Source: Heptranchias perlo
Lineage: Eukaryota
Assembly (NCBI RefSeq): GCF_035084215.1
Contig: NC_090345.1
Location: forward strand, 21,266,001-21,330,000
Length of the DNA stretch: 64,000 nucleotides
Direction of reading: 5' to 3'
Part shown: piece by piece, positions 38,522 to 48,300 of the stretch
Numbering within the stretch: the stretch's first letter is position 1
Layout: each line of letters opens with the position of its first letter
Notes under the pieces: generated by a model
What the model was told of the DNA's origin: nothing
Database searches by the model: none
The model's input: the letters and a program-made list of their open reading frames with translations, nothing else
Made by a program: the position numbers and the translations under genes

Positions 38522-40290
38522 ACATAGAAACATAGAAAATAGGAGCAGGAGTAGGCCATTCAGCCCTTCCAGCCTGCTCCGCCATTCAATATGATCATGG
38601 CTGATCCTCTATCTCAATACCATATTCCCGCGCTCTCCCCATACCCCTTGATGCCTTTTGTGTCTAGAAATCTATCTAGCTCCTTCTTAAATATATTCAG
38701 TGACTTGGCCTTCACAGCCTTCTGTGGTAGAGAATTCCACAGGTTCACCACCCTCTGAGTGAAGAAATTTCTCCTCATCTCAGTCCTAAATGTATCCTGA
38801 GACTGTGACCCCTCGTTCAGGATCCTCCAGCCAGGGGAAACATCCTCCCTGCATCCAGTCTGTCTAGCCCTGTCAGAATTTTATATGTTTCAATGAGATC
38901 CCCTCTCATTCTTCTAAACTTGAGTGAATACAGGCCGAGTCGACCCAATCTCTCCTCATATAACAGTCCTGCCATCCCAGGAATCAGTCTGGTGAACCTT
39001 CGCTGCACTCCCTCTATGGCAAGTACATCCTTCCTTAGGTAAGGAGACCAAAACTGCACACAATACTCCACGTGTGGTCTCACCAAGGCCCTGTATAATT
39101 GCAATAAGACATCCTTGCTCCTGTACTCAAATCCTCTTGCAATGAAGGCCAACAATGGGAGAACCGTCACCACACGGACTGCAGCGGTTCAAGAAGGCGG
39201 CTCACCACCACCTTCTCAAGGGCAATTGGGGATGGGCAATAAATGCTGGCCTCGCCAGTGACGCCACGTCCCGTGAACTAATAAAAAAAAAACATACCAC
39301 TTGCTTTCCTAACTGCTTGCTGCACCTGCATGTTTGCTTTCAGTGACTGGTGTACAAGGACACCCAGGTCCCCTTGTACATCAACATTTCCCAATCTATC
39401 TCCATTTAAATAATACTCTGCCTTTCTGTTTTTCCTTCTGAAGTGGATAACTTTACATTTATCCACATTATACTGCATCTGCCATGTATTTGCCCACTCA
39501 CTCAACTTGTCTAAATCGCCTTGAAGCCGCTTTGCATCCTCCTCACAACTCACGATCCCACCTAGTTTTGTGTCATCAGCAAACTTGGAAATATTACATT
39601 TGGTTCCCTCATCCAAATCATTGATATATATTGTGAATATCTGGGGCCAAAGCACTGATCCCACTCGTCACTGCCTGCCACCCTGAAAAAGACCCATTTA
39701 TTCAGTTGTCTGTTAACCAATTTTCAATCCATGCCAGTATATTACCCCCAATCCCATGTGCTTTAATATTGCACACTAACCTCTTATGTGGGATTTTATC
39801 AAAGATCTTCTGAAAATCCAAATAAACCACATCCACTGGTTCTCCCTTATCTATTCTACCAGTTACATCCTCAAAAAACTCCAGTAGATTTGTCAAGCAT
39901 GATGTCCCTTTCATAAATCCATGTTGAATTTGTCTAATCCCATTGATATTTTCTAAGTGTCCTGTTATCACATCCTTTATAATAGACTTTAGCATTTTCC
40001 CTACCACTGATGTTAAGCTAACTGGTCTGTAGTTCCCTGTTTTCTCCCTCCCTCCTTTTTTAAATAGTGGGGTTACATTTGCCACCCTCCAATCTGCAGG
40101 AACTGTTCCATAATCTATAGAATTTTGGAAGATGACAACCAATGCATCCACTATTTCCACGGTTACCTCTTTTAGTACTCTGGGATGCAGATTTTCAGGG
40201 GATTTATCGGCTTTCAGTCCCATTAATTTCTCCAGGTCTTTTTTTTACTAATACTAATTTCCTTTAATTCCTCTTTCTCACTAGTCCACA
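38522..40290 (-). mobile_element. 5'-truncated CR1 LINE with a nested insertion
   Basis: ORFs 39702-40223, 39278-39664 and 38817-39173 are RT pieces (NYRPVSLTSVVGK, YLDFQK, FADDTKLG). Tail repeats (catagaaa)2 near 38523-38538. Confidence 0.94.
39155..39290 (+). mobile_element. Short 3' end of the second LINE family nested in CR1
   Basis: Matches the 51725-51820 tail and ends in an A-run. Flanked by aaca/aaca; removing it restores ggccaacatacca of the host CR1. Confidence 0.85.
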
Positions 40291-41841
40291 CCGAGTGTCT
40301 TCTATCACCGTCTTTAAAAACAAGCTTTTTATTTTGACAATCTCTTTTTATATTTAAAAAAAATCTAATTTACAGGTAATTAACTTCTTGCTGGAATAAG
40401 AAGTATAGGAATAGGGACTTGGTCCCAAGATAGGAGAGAATTGAAAATAGTTAAATACTTCATGCAGCTCTAGAATAAAGGGCAATGAGAGAATGATAGA
40501 TGGGGTAATTTAACTTTTCCTCATTCCTAACTTTTATGTTTTTGATTTCCTATGTTCTAGTTACCCCATAATTCTCAGGCAAATTATTTCAAGAATTAAA
40601 TTTATTTTTTAACATTTTGCCTAATTGTAGTTGCAGTAAAATGGAAGACTGGCATTTGTTAACCTGTGAGTGAAGTTTATATTGATGTAAATCAGATATT
40701 TTCAAATTATAATGTCATAGTTCCTGATTGATGACATTGAATTGGTAAAATCTTCTCTCATTCTTTTGCAGCTATGTGGAAAATGCAGAAAATTAGATTA
40801 GGTAGTGAATGTTGAATTTGATTTTTTTTTAGTCTCATGCAAGACAAGTAGAATGATAAGTAAGAGGAAACTACAAAGTAGTAATCTAATCAAGGGGTTC
40901 AGATCACCTCATGAGTCTCAGTGGCTCATGCAATTTACTTTGAGTATGCCTTCAACTCCTTATAACATGCAATATGTAATTCCCTTTCCTTTTCTCCCTC
41001 TTCCTGAACTTGTCCTCCTTCATAAGAGGCTCCTTCCATCCAACCTCTAAGTGAAACTTGAATATTACAGGAAGGATTCAGTCACAGTTTACGTTTCACC
41101 CATCCCCACCCTTCCATTGTGAATAACCTGGCTGATGCTAGCTTCTTGGGCAGCAAGTGACTGCTGAGTCTGGGATTTAAACATGGGTTTTCTGATAAGA
41201 GTCCAAACACCTAGTTCAACTTTTTTTAATGAATCTAATTTGTGGAAGTCATAAAGTCATGGTGACAAAAAATGTTTGACCTGTTACAAGACTTTGGGCC
41301 CGATTTTAGCACCCGGTCCCGGGTGCATTCTCGGCGGGGGGGCCTCTAAAATCTCGATTTCGAGGAGCGGGACCGGATCGCGCCTCGATCCCGCCCACTT
41401 CCGGGTTCCGCGCTGACGTGCGGGGGTGCGTGCGTTGGCCCCACTGGTGGGAATCCCGCAGGCAATTAAAGCCAGTGGGGTTCCACTTGAGTGTATTTAT
41501 CTAGGTATTTCAGGTCATTAAATGACCTGATTGAGCTGTTTATTTAACAGATGTGGGATTTTACAGTGAAATGAGACTGTTTCCCATACTGGGGGAAACA
41601 CTCACACTCTCAACGGACGTGTTGCAGCCAGCAGCCTGTGGCAGCTGCCAAGGTGCATTCCACAGGTGGGTGGGGGGGGGGAGAGCCTTCACCAACGCAG
41701 GAGGACACTCCGTAACATTGGGCAACGCCTGCCCTCCACCACCCTCCTCCAAGCAAGAAGATTCACCAGCGTGGAAGTGCAACCCCTGTGCGAGGACACA
41801 CTTTTCTAGCGTGCACAACCCCGCAAACCTACACCTGCCAG

Positions 41842-43053
41842 ATGGGTGCTGCGTTGACATCCTCGGAGGACGAACAGCATGACCAGCCTCGCAGTCCACG
41901 CCGTCCGCCTCAGAGACGTGCATCCCCACAACACGGTGCTGTGGCACATCCACCTGCACAGCAGGATGGAGGGCATCCGCAGAGAGAGATGCGTCGCAGG
42001 AGGCACTACCCTCGCCACAGGGTCTACAGACCGAGGCTCAGCTTCATGGACCTCTCTGAGCAGCAGTGCATACGTAGGCTCAGAGTCACTCGCCAGGTAG
42101 TCGCCGACATCTGCAGCCTCCTCAATGACGAGCTGCTCCCGGATGGACCAAGCAGCATCTTCTTACCCGTCGCCGTCAACGTCACCACTGCCCTCAACTT
42201 CTTCGCCTCCGGATCCTTCCAGGGTGCCACGGGGGACATCACCGGGGTCTGTCAGTCGTCTGCACACAAGTGCATAAGGCAAGTCACCAATGGGTTGTTC
42301 CGCAGGGCCTCGACCTACATCAACTTCGCCATGGATGAGCGCAGCCAGACGGAGAGGGCGGTTGGATTCCATGCTGTGGCTGGCTTCCCACGGGTGCAGG
42401 GTGTAATCGATTGCACCCACATAGCAATACGGGCACCTCCACATGAGCCAGGGCTGTTCATCAACAGGAAAGGGTATCACTCCATGAACGCCCAGCTCAT
42501 TTGTGACCACCGCCAGAGATTCCTACACGTGTGCGCCAGATACCCCGGCAGCTGCCACGATGCCTTCGTCCTCAGGGAGTCCACCGTCCCGCCCCTCTTC
42601 CACGCACCCAATGCCGGCAACGGCTGGCTCCTCGGCGACAAGGGATATCCCCTGCACACGTGGCTTATGACACCTCTGAGGAACCCCATTACCGAGCCGC
42701 AGCGTCGGTATAATGACAGCCACATTGCTACCAGGTCTACAATTGAGCAGGCTATAGGGCTGCTCAAGATGCGCTTCAGGTGCCTTGATCGTTCCGGGGG
42801 AGCACTCCAATACACGCCATTCAGAGTGGGACGAATTATAGTTGTCTGCTGTGCCCTGCATAACATGGCACTACAGAGAGGGGTGCCGCTGGAGGAGGCC
42901 CCATGCACACCCGCCACCCACATTGAGGACGACAATGAGGAGGAGGAGGAGGAGGAAGAGGGAGAGGAGGAGGAACGACCCATGCGCCGAACACCGGCTC
43001 ACCTGCGTGCTCGTCAGGCCAGGGAGGCACTCATATGCCAACGGTTCTCCTAA
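41842..43053 (+). CDS. Harbinger (HARBI1-like, DDE_Tnp_4) transposase, 403 aa, intact
   Basis: Uninterrupted ORF from ATG at 41842. HTH region ALNFFASGSFQ, GVIDCTHI (D), YPGSCHDA, LLGDKGYP (D) and IEQAIGLLKMRFRCL (E); acidic poly-E tail. Confidence 0.95.
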   Translation: MGAALTSSEDEQHDQPRSPRRPPQRRASPQHGAVAHPPAQQDGGHPQREMRRRRHYPRHRVYRPRLSFMDLSEQQCIRRLRVTRQVVADICSLLNDELLPDGPSSIFLPVAVNVTTALNFFASGSFQGATGDITGVCQSSAHKCIRQVTNGLFRRASTYINFAMDERSQTERAVGFHAVAGFPRVQGVIDCTHIAIRAPPHEPGLFINRKGYHSMNAQLICDHRQRFLHVCARYPGSCHDAFVLRESTVPPLFHAPNAGNGWLLGDKGYPLHTWLMTPLRNPITEPQRRYNDSHIATRSTIEQAIGLLKMRFRCLDRSGGALQYTPFRVGRIIVVCCALHNMALQRGVPLEEAPCTPATHIEDDNEEEEEEEEGEEEERPMRRTPAHLRARQAREALICQRFS

Positions 43054-43354
43054 CATCACACAGTGTGAGGCGTTCACATGTCATAACGTGCACAGACGAG
43101 GGTCCATACAGGCTCCCTCCACAGAAGAGTGGTGCCTGTACACCTGCACCCACTGTATTATGCCCAATGGGTGGGACGGGGTGGTCGTCGTCATGATGAG
43201 GCGCACGGAAGGGACATATTGCACAAGCCGCAGAATTATGGACAAGAGGTGGCTGCATTGGTGAGAAAAAGTGAGTTTATTTTGTGGTGACATTCAAACA
43301 GTGGAAATTTAAAAAAAACAAATAGACAAACACCCTAGTGCAATCCCTGTGTGC

Positions 43355-44386
43355 TCACGGAACTTTAGGCTTTCGTTTCCGGGTACCCCTACGTGGTGCT
43401 ACCCCTGTGGCTCCAGCAGAGATGGTGGCAGGTTGCTCCTGTTCGTGCCCTGACCGGCTGGATGCTTTGGGCCGACGCCCCCTGGGTTTCGGTGCCCATG
43501 AGGGCACCTCCACAGACTGCTCCTCCTGCACCTGTGCAGGGGCAGACTCGGCCACCTGGAGAGGATGGACTATTGCGGGCACTGGTTGAGAGGGGGGCAA
43601 CGGGTGAGACGTGGGGGCGCCTTGAGTAGCGTCCACACTTCCATTTCCCCGTTCACCATCTTCCCTCTCATGGCCAAGGCCCACATCACCCCTTCCACCC
43701 TGCTGGACGGCAGTTTGGATGACGTGGGTGAGACCTTGCAAGGCCACCTCCAATGTATCTGTCAACCTGTTGATGGCGGCAGAATGTTGTTCACCCTGAA
43801 TCCGAACAGCCGTTGTGAGGGCCTGGATGGACTCATTGGTGAGCTGTGCGTGATGCTCGAGGGAGGCTAGCCTGTCCTCCACCGCAGACGTTCCCACACC
43901 TACCCGTGACACTATGTCAGATATGCCTTCACGTCCCTGCGACACTATCTCGGTGATACCCTCCTGCACCTGTGCCACCATTCCCCTCATGCAGGAGTTG
44001 GAATCCTCCATCCTCCGTGCGATTGTGGAGAGTGTGCGTGGCACCTCTCCCAGTACCTCAGCAATGTTCTGGTGCCCCTCGACGGCTCTCCTTTTGACAG
44101 GTGGCCCCCTGGGTTCAGCATCTGGGTCCGGCTGAGCAAAGCCTGGAGAAGAGTGCTCCCACCGACGCGGACCCTCCGCGGCTGACCCTGCCACCAGGGT
44201 CTGCTCATGCTCACGTGTGCGCGGTGACTCACCGTGTGCAATCCCAACTAACTGAGGGGGGGGGACCCACCGAGGTGTGTGTATCTGCGCTGGTGGATGC
44301 AAGGCTCATGTGTGACGATGCACCCTCAGAGACGGCCATGTCCTCTGAGGAATCGCCCTCAACCGAGACGTCGATCGCAGACGGTC
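43355..44386 (-). pseudogene. Harbinger Myb-like protein, exon 3, with a single +1 frameshift in a C9 run (44256-44264)
   Basis: Acceptor ctgttctcttgcag. The frame GPSAIDVSVEG...VGPPP joins ORF 43355-44302 (QLVGIAHGES...RKRKPKVP*) if one C is removed. Minus-strand AATAAA at 43281-43276. Confidence 0.75.
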
Positions 44387-44502
44387 CTGCAAGAGAACAG
44401 AGGGAAATATCAGGCATGTGACCAAATGTTGCGGTGCGGCAGATGCCATGTGATGCTAAGATCATTCACGATCATGAGTGATGAGTGCCAGCTTTCCCTT
44501 AC

Positions 44503-44662
44503 CGGCCGTTTCACCAGAACCAGACTCGCCATCCGCCATCGACAGGCAATGCAGCGTGCGGCTGATCTCCAGTGCCTCGACCTCGGCGTCTGTCAGGGCC
44601 ACCTCGTGTGGCGGGCCCCCTCCGGTGCGTGCCCTATCGCGTGCGTTCCTGGCCCTCTTCTC
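44503..44662 (-). CDS. Harbinger Myb-like protein, exon 2
   Basis: Acceptor tgttttgccctcacag and donor G|GTAAGG; 160 nt. EKRARNARDRARTGGGPP contains the TGGG motif that typically follows this Myb domain. Confidence 0.88.
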
Positions 44663-44986
44663 CTGTGAGGGCAAAACACAAAAACGTTATTGAGTGATGA
44701 TTACAATGTTAGACGCTTCAAGCATTGGTGTGAGTGGGTTGAGCGTGTGCCAGATGGATGGGAGGATGCGTGTGCCACATGGCCATCCCATTGTATGGGC
44801 ATTGGGGTGTGTGGTAGTGGTCGAGTGGGGACAGGGACGGTGGGTACGTGCAGGCACTGTGAGGATGATAGTTGGGTGGCTGTGAGGATTGGTGCGGGAG
44901 CGCAGTGCTGTCAGTAGAGATGGGGTTGTGAGGTGTTTGAGGTGATGTGGAAGACGGAGTGACGCAGAGTGCGTTAGTGTACTCAC

Positions 44987-45226
44987 TTTCCTGGACCTGG
45001 TGAGGTCATTGAATCTCTTGCGGCACTGAATCCAAGTGCGGGTGGTGTTTCCCCTGCTTGTGACCTCCGCGGCCACCTCCTCCCATGCCCTCTTGCTGGC
45101 GCTGGCAGGGCACCTCCTTCCATCCGTGGGGAACAGCGTCTCCCTCCTCATGCGGACCCCGTCCAGCAGCACCTGGAGGGCGTGGTCCGTGAAACGGGGA
45201 GCAGCCTTACCCCTGTGCTCCTCCAT
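44987..45226 (-). CDS. Harbinger Myb/SANT-like (trihelix) DNA-binding protein, exon 1 (80 aa)
   Basis: MEEHRGKAAPRFTDHALQVLL...AWEEVAAEV...RTWIQCRKRFNDL is an MSANTD/NAIF1-type motif; donor AAA|GTGAGT at 44986. Confidence 0.9.
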
Positions 45227-45275
45227 CCTTGATGGAGTATAGTTTGTGGCTGGAGGGGCTTTGGTGGACTGCCCC

Positions 45276-45321
45276 TTTAAATAGAGCTCAAACATCGCTC
45301 AGACGTCAATGCGCATGCGCA
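45276..45321 (-). promoter_or_regulatory. Putative promoter of the Myb-like gene (TATA-like, CRE-like and NRF1 motifs)
   Basis: Minus-strand TATTTAAA at 45283-45276, TGACGTCT at 45308-45301 and perfect TGCGCATGCGCA at 45310-45321, 50-95 bp upstream of the ATG. Confidence 0.55.
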
Positions 45322-48300
45322 GGCTGCCGGCACGCAGCTGAGAAGCGCGGAACCCATAACTGCCGGCTAATTACATCAATCATCCCGCGATCGCGGGCGC
45401 AACGCACTCAATTTGGACAGCGCGTTTTCCTCGAGCCCGCCTGACCACCCGCTGCCAACCCGCACCCCTGGTAAAATCGGGCCCTTTGTCACCAATTTTG
45501 CATCAAGGTGAAGTTCATTCGCATGGAAAGGAGATCTCCCATGTTCATACATTTATTTAAAATGCCCAAGCCTGTTTACTATGTAGTATCCTGTCTCCTG
45601 GATTTGGTTCAAATTTCCCCATGAGCAACACTGAAAATTAGTTATATTTGACACGAATAAATACTGCATATTTACTGATGATCCAGGAATAGAAGATGAA
45701 TAGCTGTAAATAGTAATGAATTGTCCTGTATCTGTCAAAAATAATAATGCGTCTTGTTTGTTCATGGTGTCTGGGGATTACTTAACCTGAGGATAGGATG
45801 TGGGGGGAAAAGCATTGCAAATTGATGGTCATGTTGTTTGGGGTCATTGCCCTTCATGGTTAGCAGGTGGGTTTCTGTTCTGTAGCGACAGTTTGTGCTG
45901 AGTGAGCCTCTCAAGAAGGGCCCCAGCCTACTTTGTGTTTCTCCAGTTCTAGGTGGAGGTTGAACATCACTCGTTCTGATGGCCTATGTACTAAATGCAC
46001 TTCTGCAACGTTTGATGTGGGGAGGGCCGCATTTCCCCAGAAATTTTGGACCAAACAAGTTGCCTCAACCCCTTGACCTTCATTGCTCCCAGTGCAAGCA
46101 CAGTCATGCAAAGTAACATGGATGTAAGGACGTAAGCATCTTGCAATCAAAACGTACAATGATTTCATAAAATATATATAATTGAACTCAATTTTAATAA
46201 TGGGAAATGTGAAGCACGTTGGCAGCTTAACAAACAGGAGCACGTTTGTGGGAGGGGAGCCACGCTGCTGTGGGGAAATATCAAGCAGAGATCATGGGGG
46301 AGAAAAAAAAGGAAATTAAAAGTTCCCAGATTGTAGTTACAGGCAGCTTGCTCAGGGCAGCTTTAGTGGAAGCACAGGACAATCGAGAGATTTGATACTT
46401 CTATGAAAATTACAAAATGATGCAAACTGCTGAATTATTGAAATCCCACATCACATTAAATCATTGGAATTCCTCCCCTTTTTTTTCAGTCATTTGCTTT
46501 GCTTAGGATATATTGGCACAGAACTAATATAAAATGGTCTTACTGCAGTGTATTTAAATTTAGCTGCATGCGAACACGTTCAATCGATGTAAGGTTTAAT
46601 TTACTGCAAAATGTAGATTACACTACAAAGGTGCCGTCAAACTAACATAATTTATAAAAGTGGACTTTTGTGATACACCGAGTACCCTTAACCTTGATCT
46701 GTGAGCCATGGATTTGAAGCTAAAGGGATAGATAAAAATCATAATCCTACTCTGTGCAGCTGAACAGAATTGGAATTACTGAATCAATTCAATGCCTCCT
46801 CTGGGATGATGATAATCTTTCATTTGACCCTTTACATGTGACCACAACTGTGATAAAGTAAAACATGTTCAGGTTTCTAGGCGATGGAATAGGTATAGCC
46901 TGCCTACACAAAATGTATGAATCTATGCCATTACTGGAATTGTCCCAACAGATCCCTCGCTTTAAACACATTACAATCAATTTACAGAATGTTAGGAAGC
47001 AGATTCACCATGCTCATTTCCACCCCCCCGCCCCAGATAGATGCCAAGTTCCTTATCTCAGACTTGCCATCTCAGAGGTATGGAGAGAAAGAGGCATAAT
47101 GGTAGATGAGTCAATTTAGCTTGTTCTTGTGTATTTTTAGCAGGCAACTCAGGAGTGGTATTTAGATCTGATAGGAAAAATTGCCATGTAACACTTCCAA
47201 TAATTGATACCTTAGACTTAATTATGTCATAGCATAATTATGTTAACATGCAGATATCGTGTCACAGGGATCTGCAGCAGCCCTAAACTATCATGTCAGC
47301 TCACAGTTTGCATTATTATAGTTTATTGGGAGCTGTTTGCTATTCCTAGATCATTAGTTAATACAAGCCCTCATTATAATTTTATTGTTTTGAATGTAAT
47401 TCTATTTTTGCCTGGCTCCAAAATAGCAGTGTAAAAGAGAAGTAGAAAAGCTGTTTTACTGTTACAGATCTGATTGAAGAATTGCAGTGGCCATTTCTCC
47501 TGGTTATATTATCTGCTTTAAGACTTCATTAACTGAGAGAGGCTAAGGGTCAGTGTGCTAGAGCATGCAACACTACTTTAGGAGTGGTGCCAGATGGTGG
47601 CTTAAGTGTTTTATTATGATACACGGCCACGGAATCTTCAGTCGACGGATGAAGCAGGTAGACTTTTCCCACTACTGCATCTGTGGATCCAATTTGGGAG
47701 TTTCTTGACTAGCTGTCCCAAGTATTCACATGGCAGAGGTTGTGTGATCTTCTCGTTGGTTCAGATGTCATGAACCTCAACTGTCTTCAGTATTGTGGAT
47801 TAGCCATAACGTTGGAAACTGAAGTGTGTACCACTGGGTTGCTGAGTTACGCATGGAGAAACTGAGCATCACCCTAGGCGGGAGTCTAGGAGAGAATCAA
47901 TGTTACATAGATTAGCTAAAGTCCTACAATATAGCACTGCATTAAGTACAACACTACTTTTGCTTGGCTCCCAAGAATATAATTTTACCAGGGGGGCAGG
48001 GGCTGTACTGCAGTATTTACTGTAATAAATGTGAATAATTACAAATGCTGCCCTTGAAGATCTCCATTAAAGAATTTTATATTAACTTTAAAAAGATCCA
48101 GCCGGAGATAGTTTGAATGGAACCTGAAGTATTTTAAGTAACAAAACTGACCATGGGGAAATTTCTCACCTCCCCATTGAAACTTAAATTGGTGCAATAA
48201 TGTTAGTCATATAACATCTAAAAGATTCTAATGATTACTCAGAAAATTTCCAAAATGTTTGACTATATTGATTGTGAAGTTTTAATGGGTGATCGAGCCG

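Larger units (their letters stand above)
41296..45484 (+). mobile_element. PIF/Harbinger DNA transposon, full length (4189 bp)
   Basis: TIRs GGGCCCGATTTTAGCA and TGGTAAAATCGGGCCC (13 bp perfect, 15/16 overall); 3-bp TSD TTT at 41293-41295 and 45485-45487. Contains a transposase and a convergent Myb-like gene, with a sharp rise in GC and CpG content. Confidence 0.96.

Noticed and set aside
41788-43053. Calling the transposase the domesticated host gene HARBI1
   Set aside because: It lies between TIRs with a TSD and a partner Myb gene inside an intron, so it is a transposon copy.
41553-45444. Many overlapping ORFs around the Harbinger genes (e.g. 41561-41959, 42477-42983, 42842-43264, 44279-44668)
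   Set aside because: Shadow ORFs caused by high GC content; the transposase and spliced Myb-like gene explain the region.
45760-46300. ORF 45911-46243 and a short LF-SINE-like word next to the Harbinger
   Set aside because: It lies outside the TIR, has no convincing protein motif, and the similarity is only ~15 bp.
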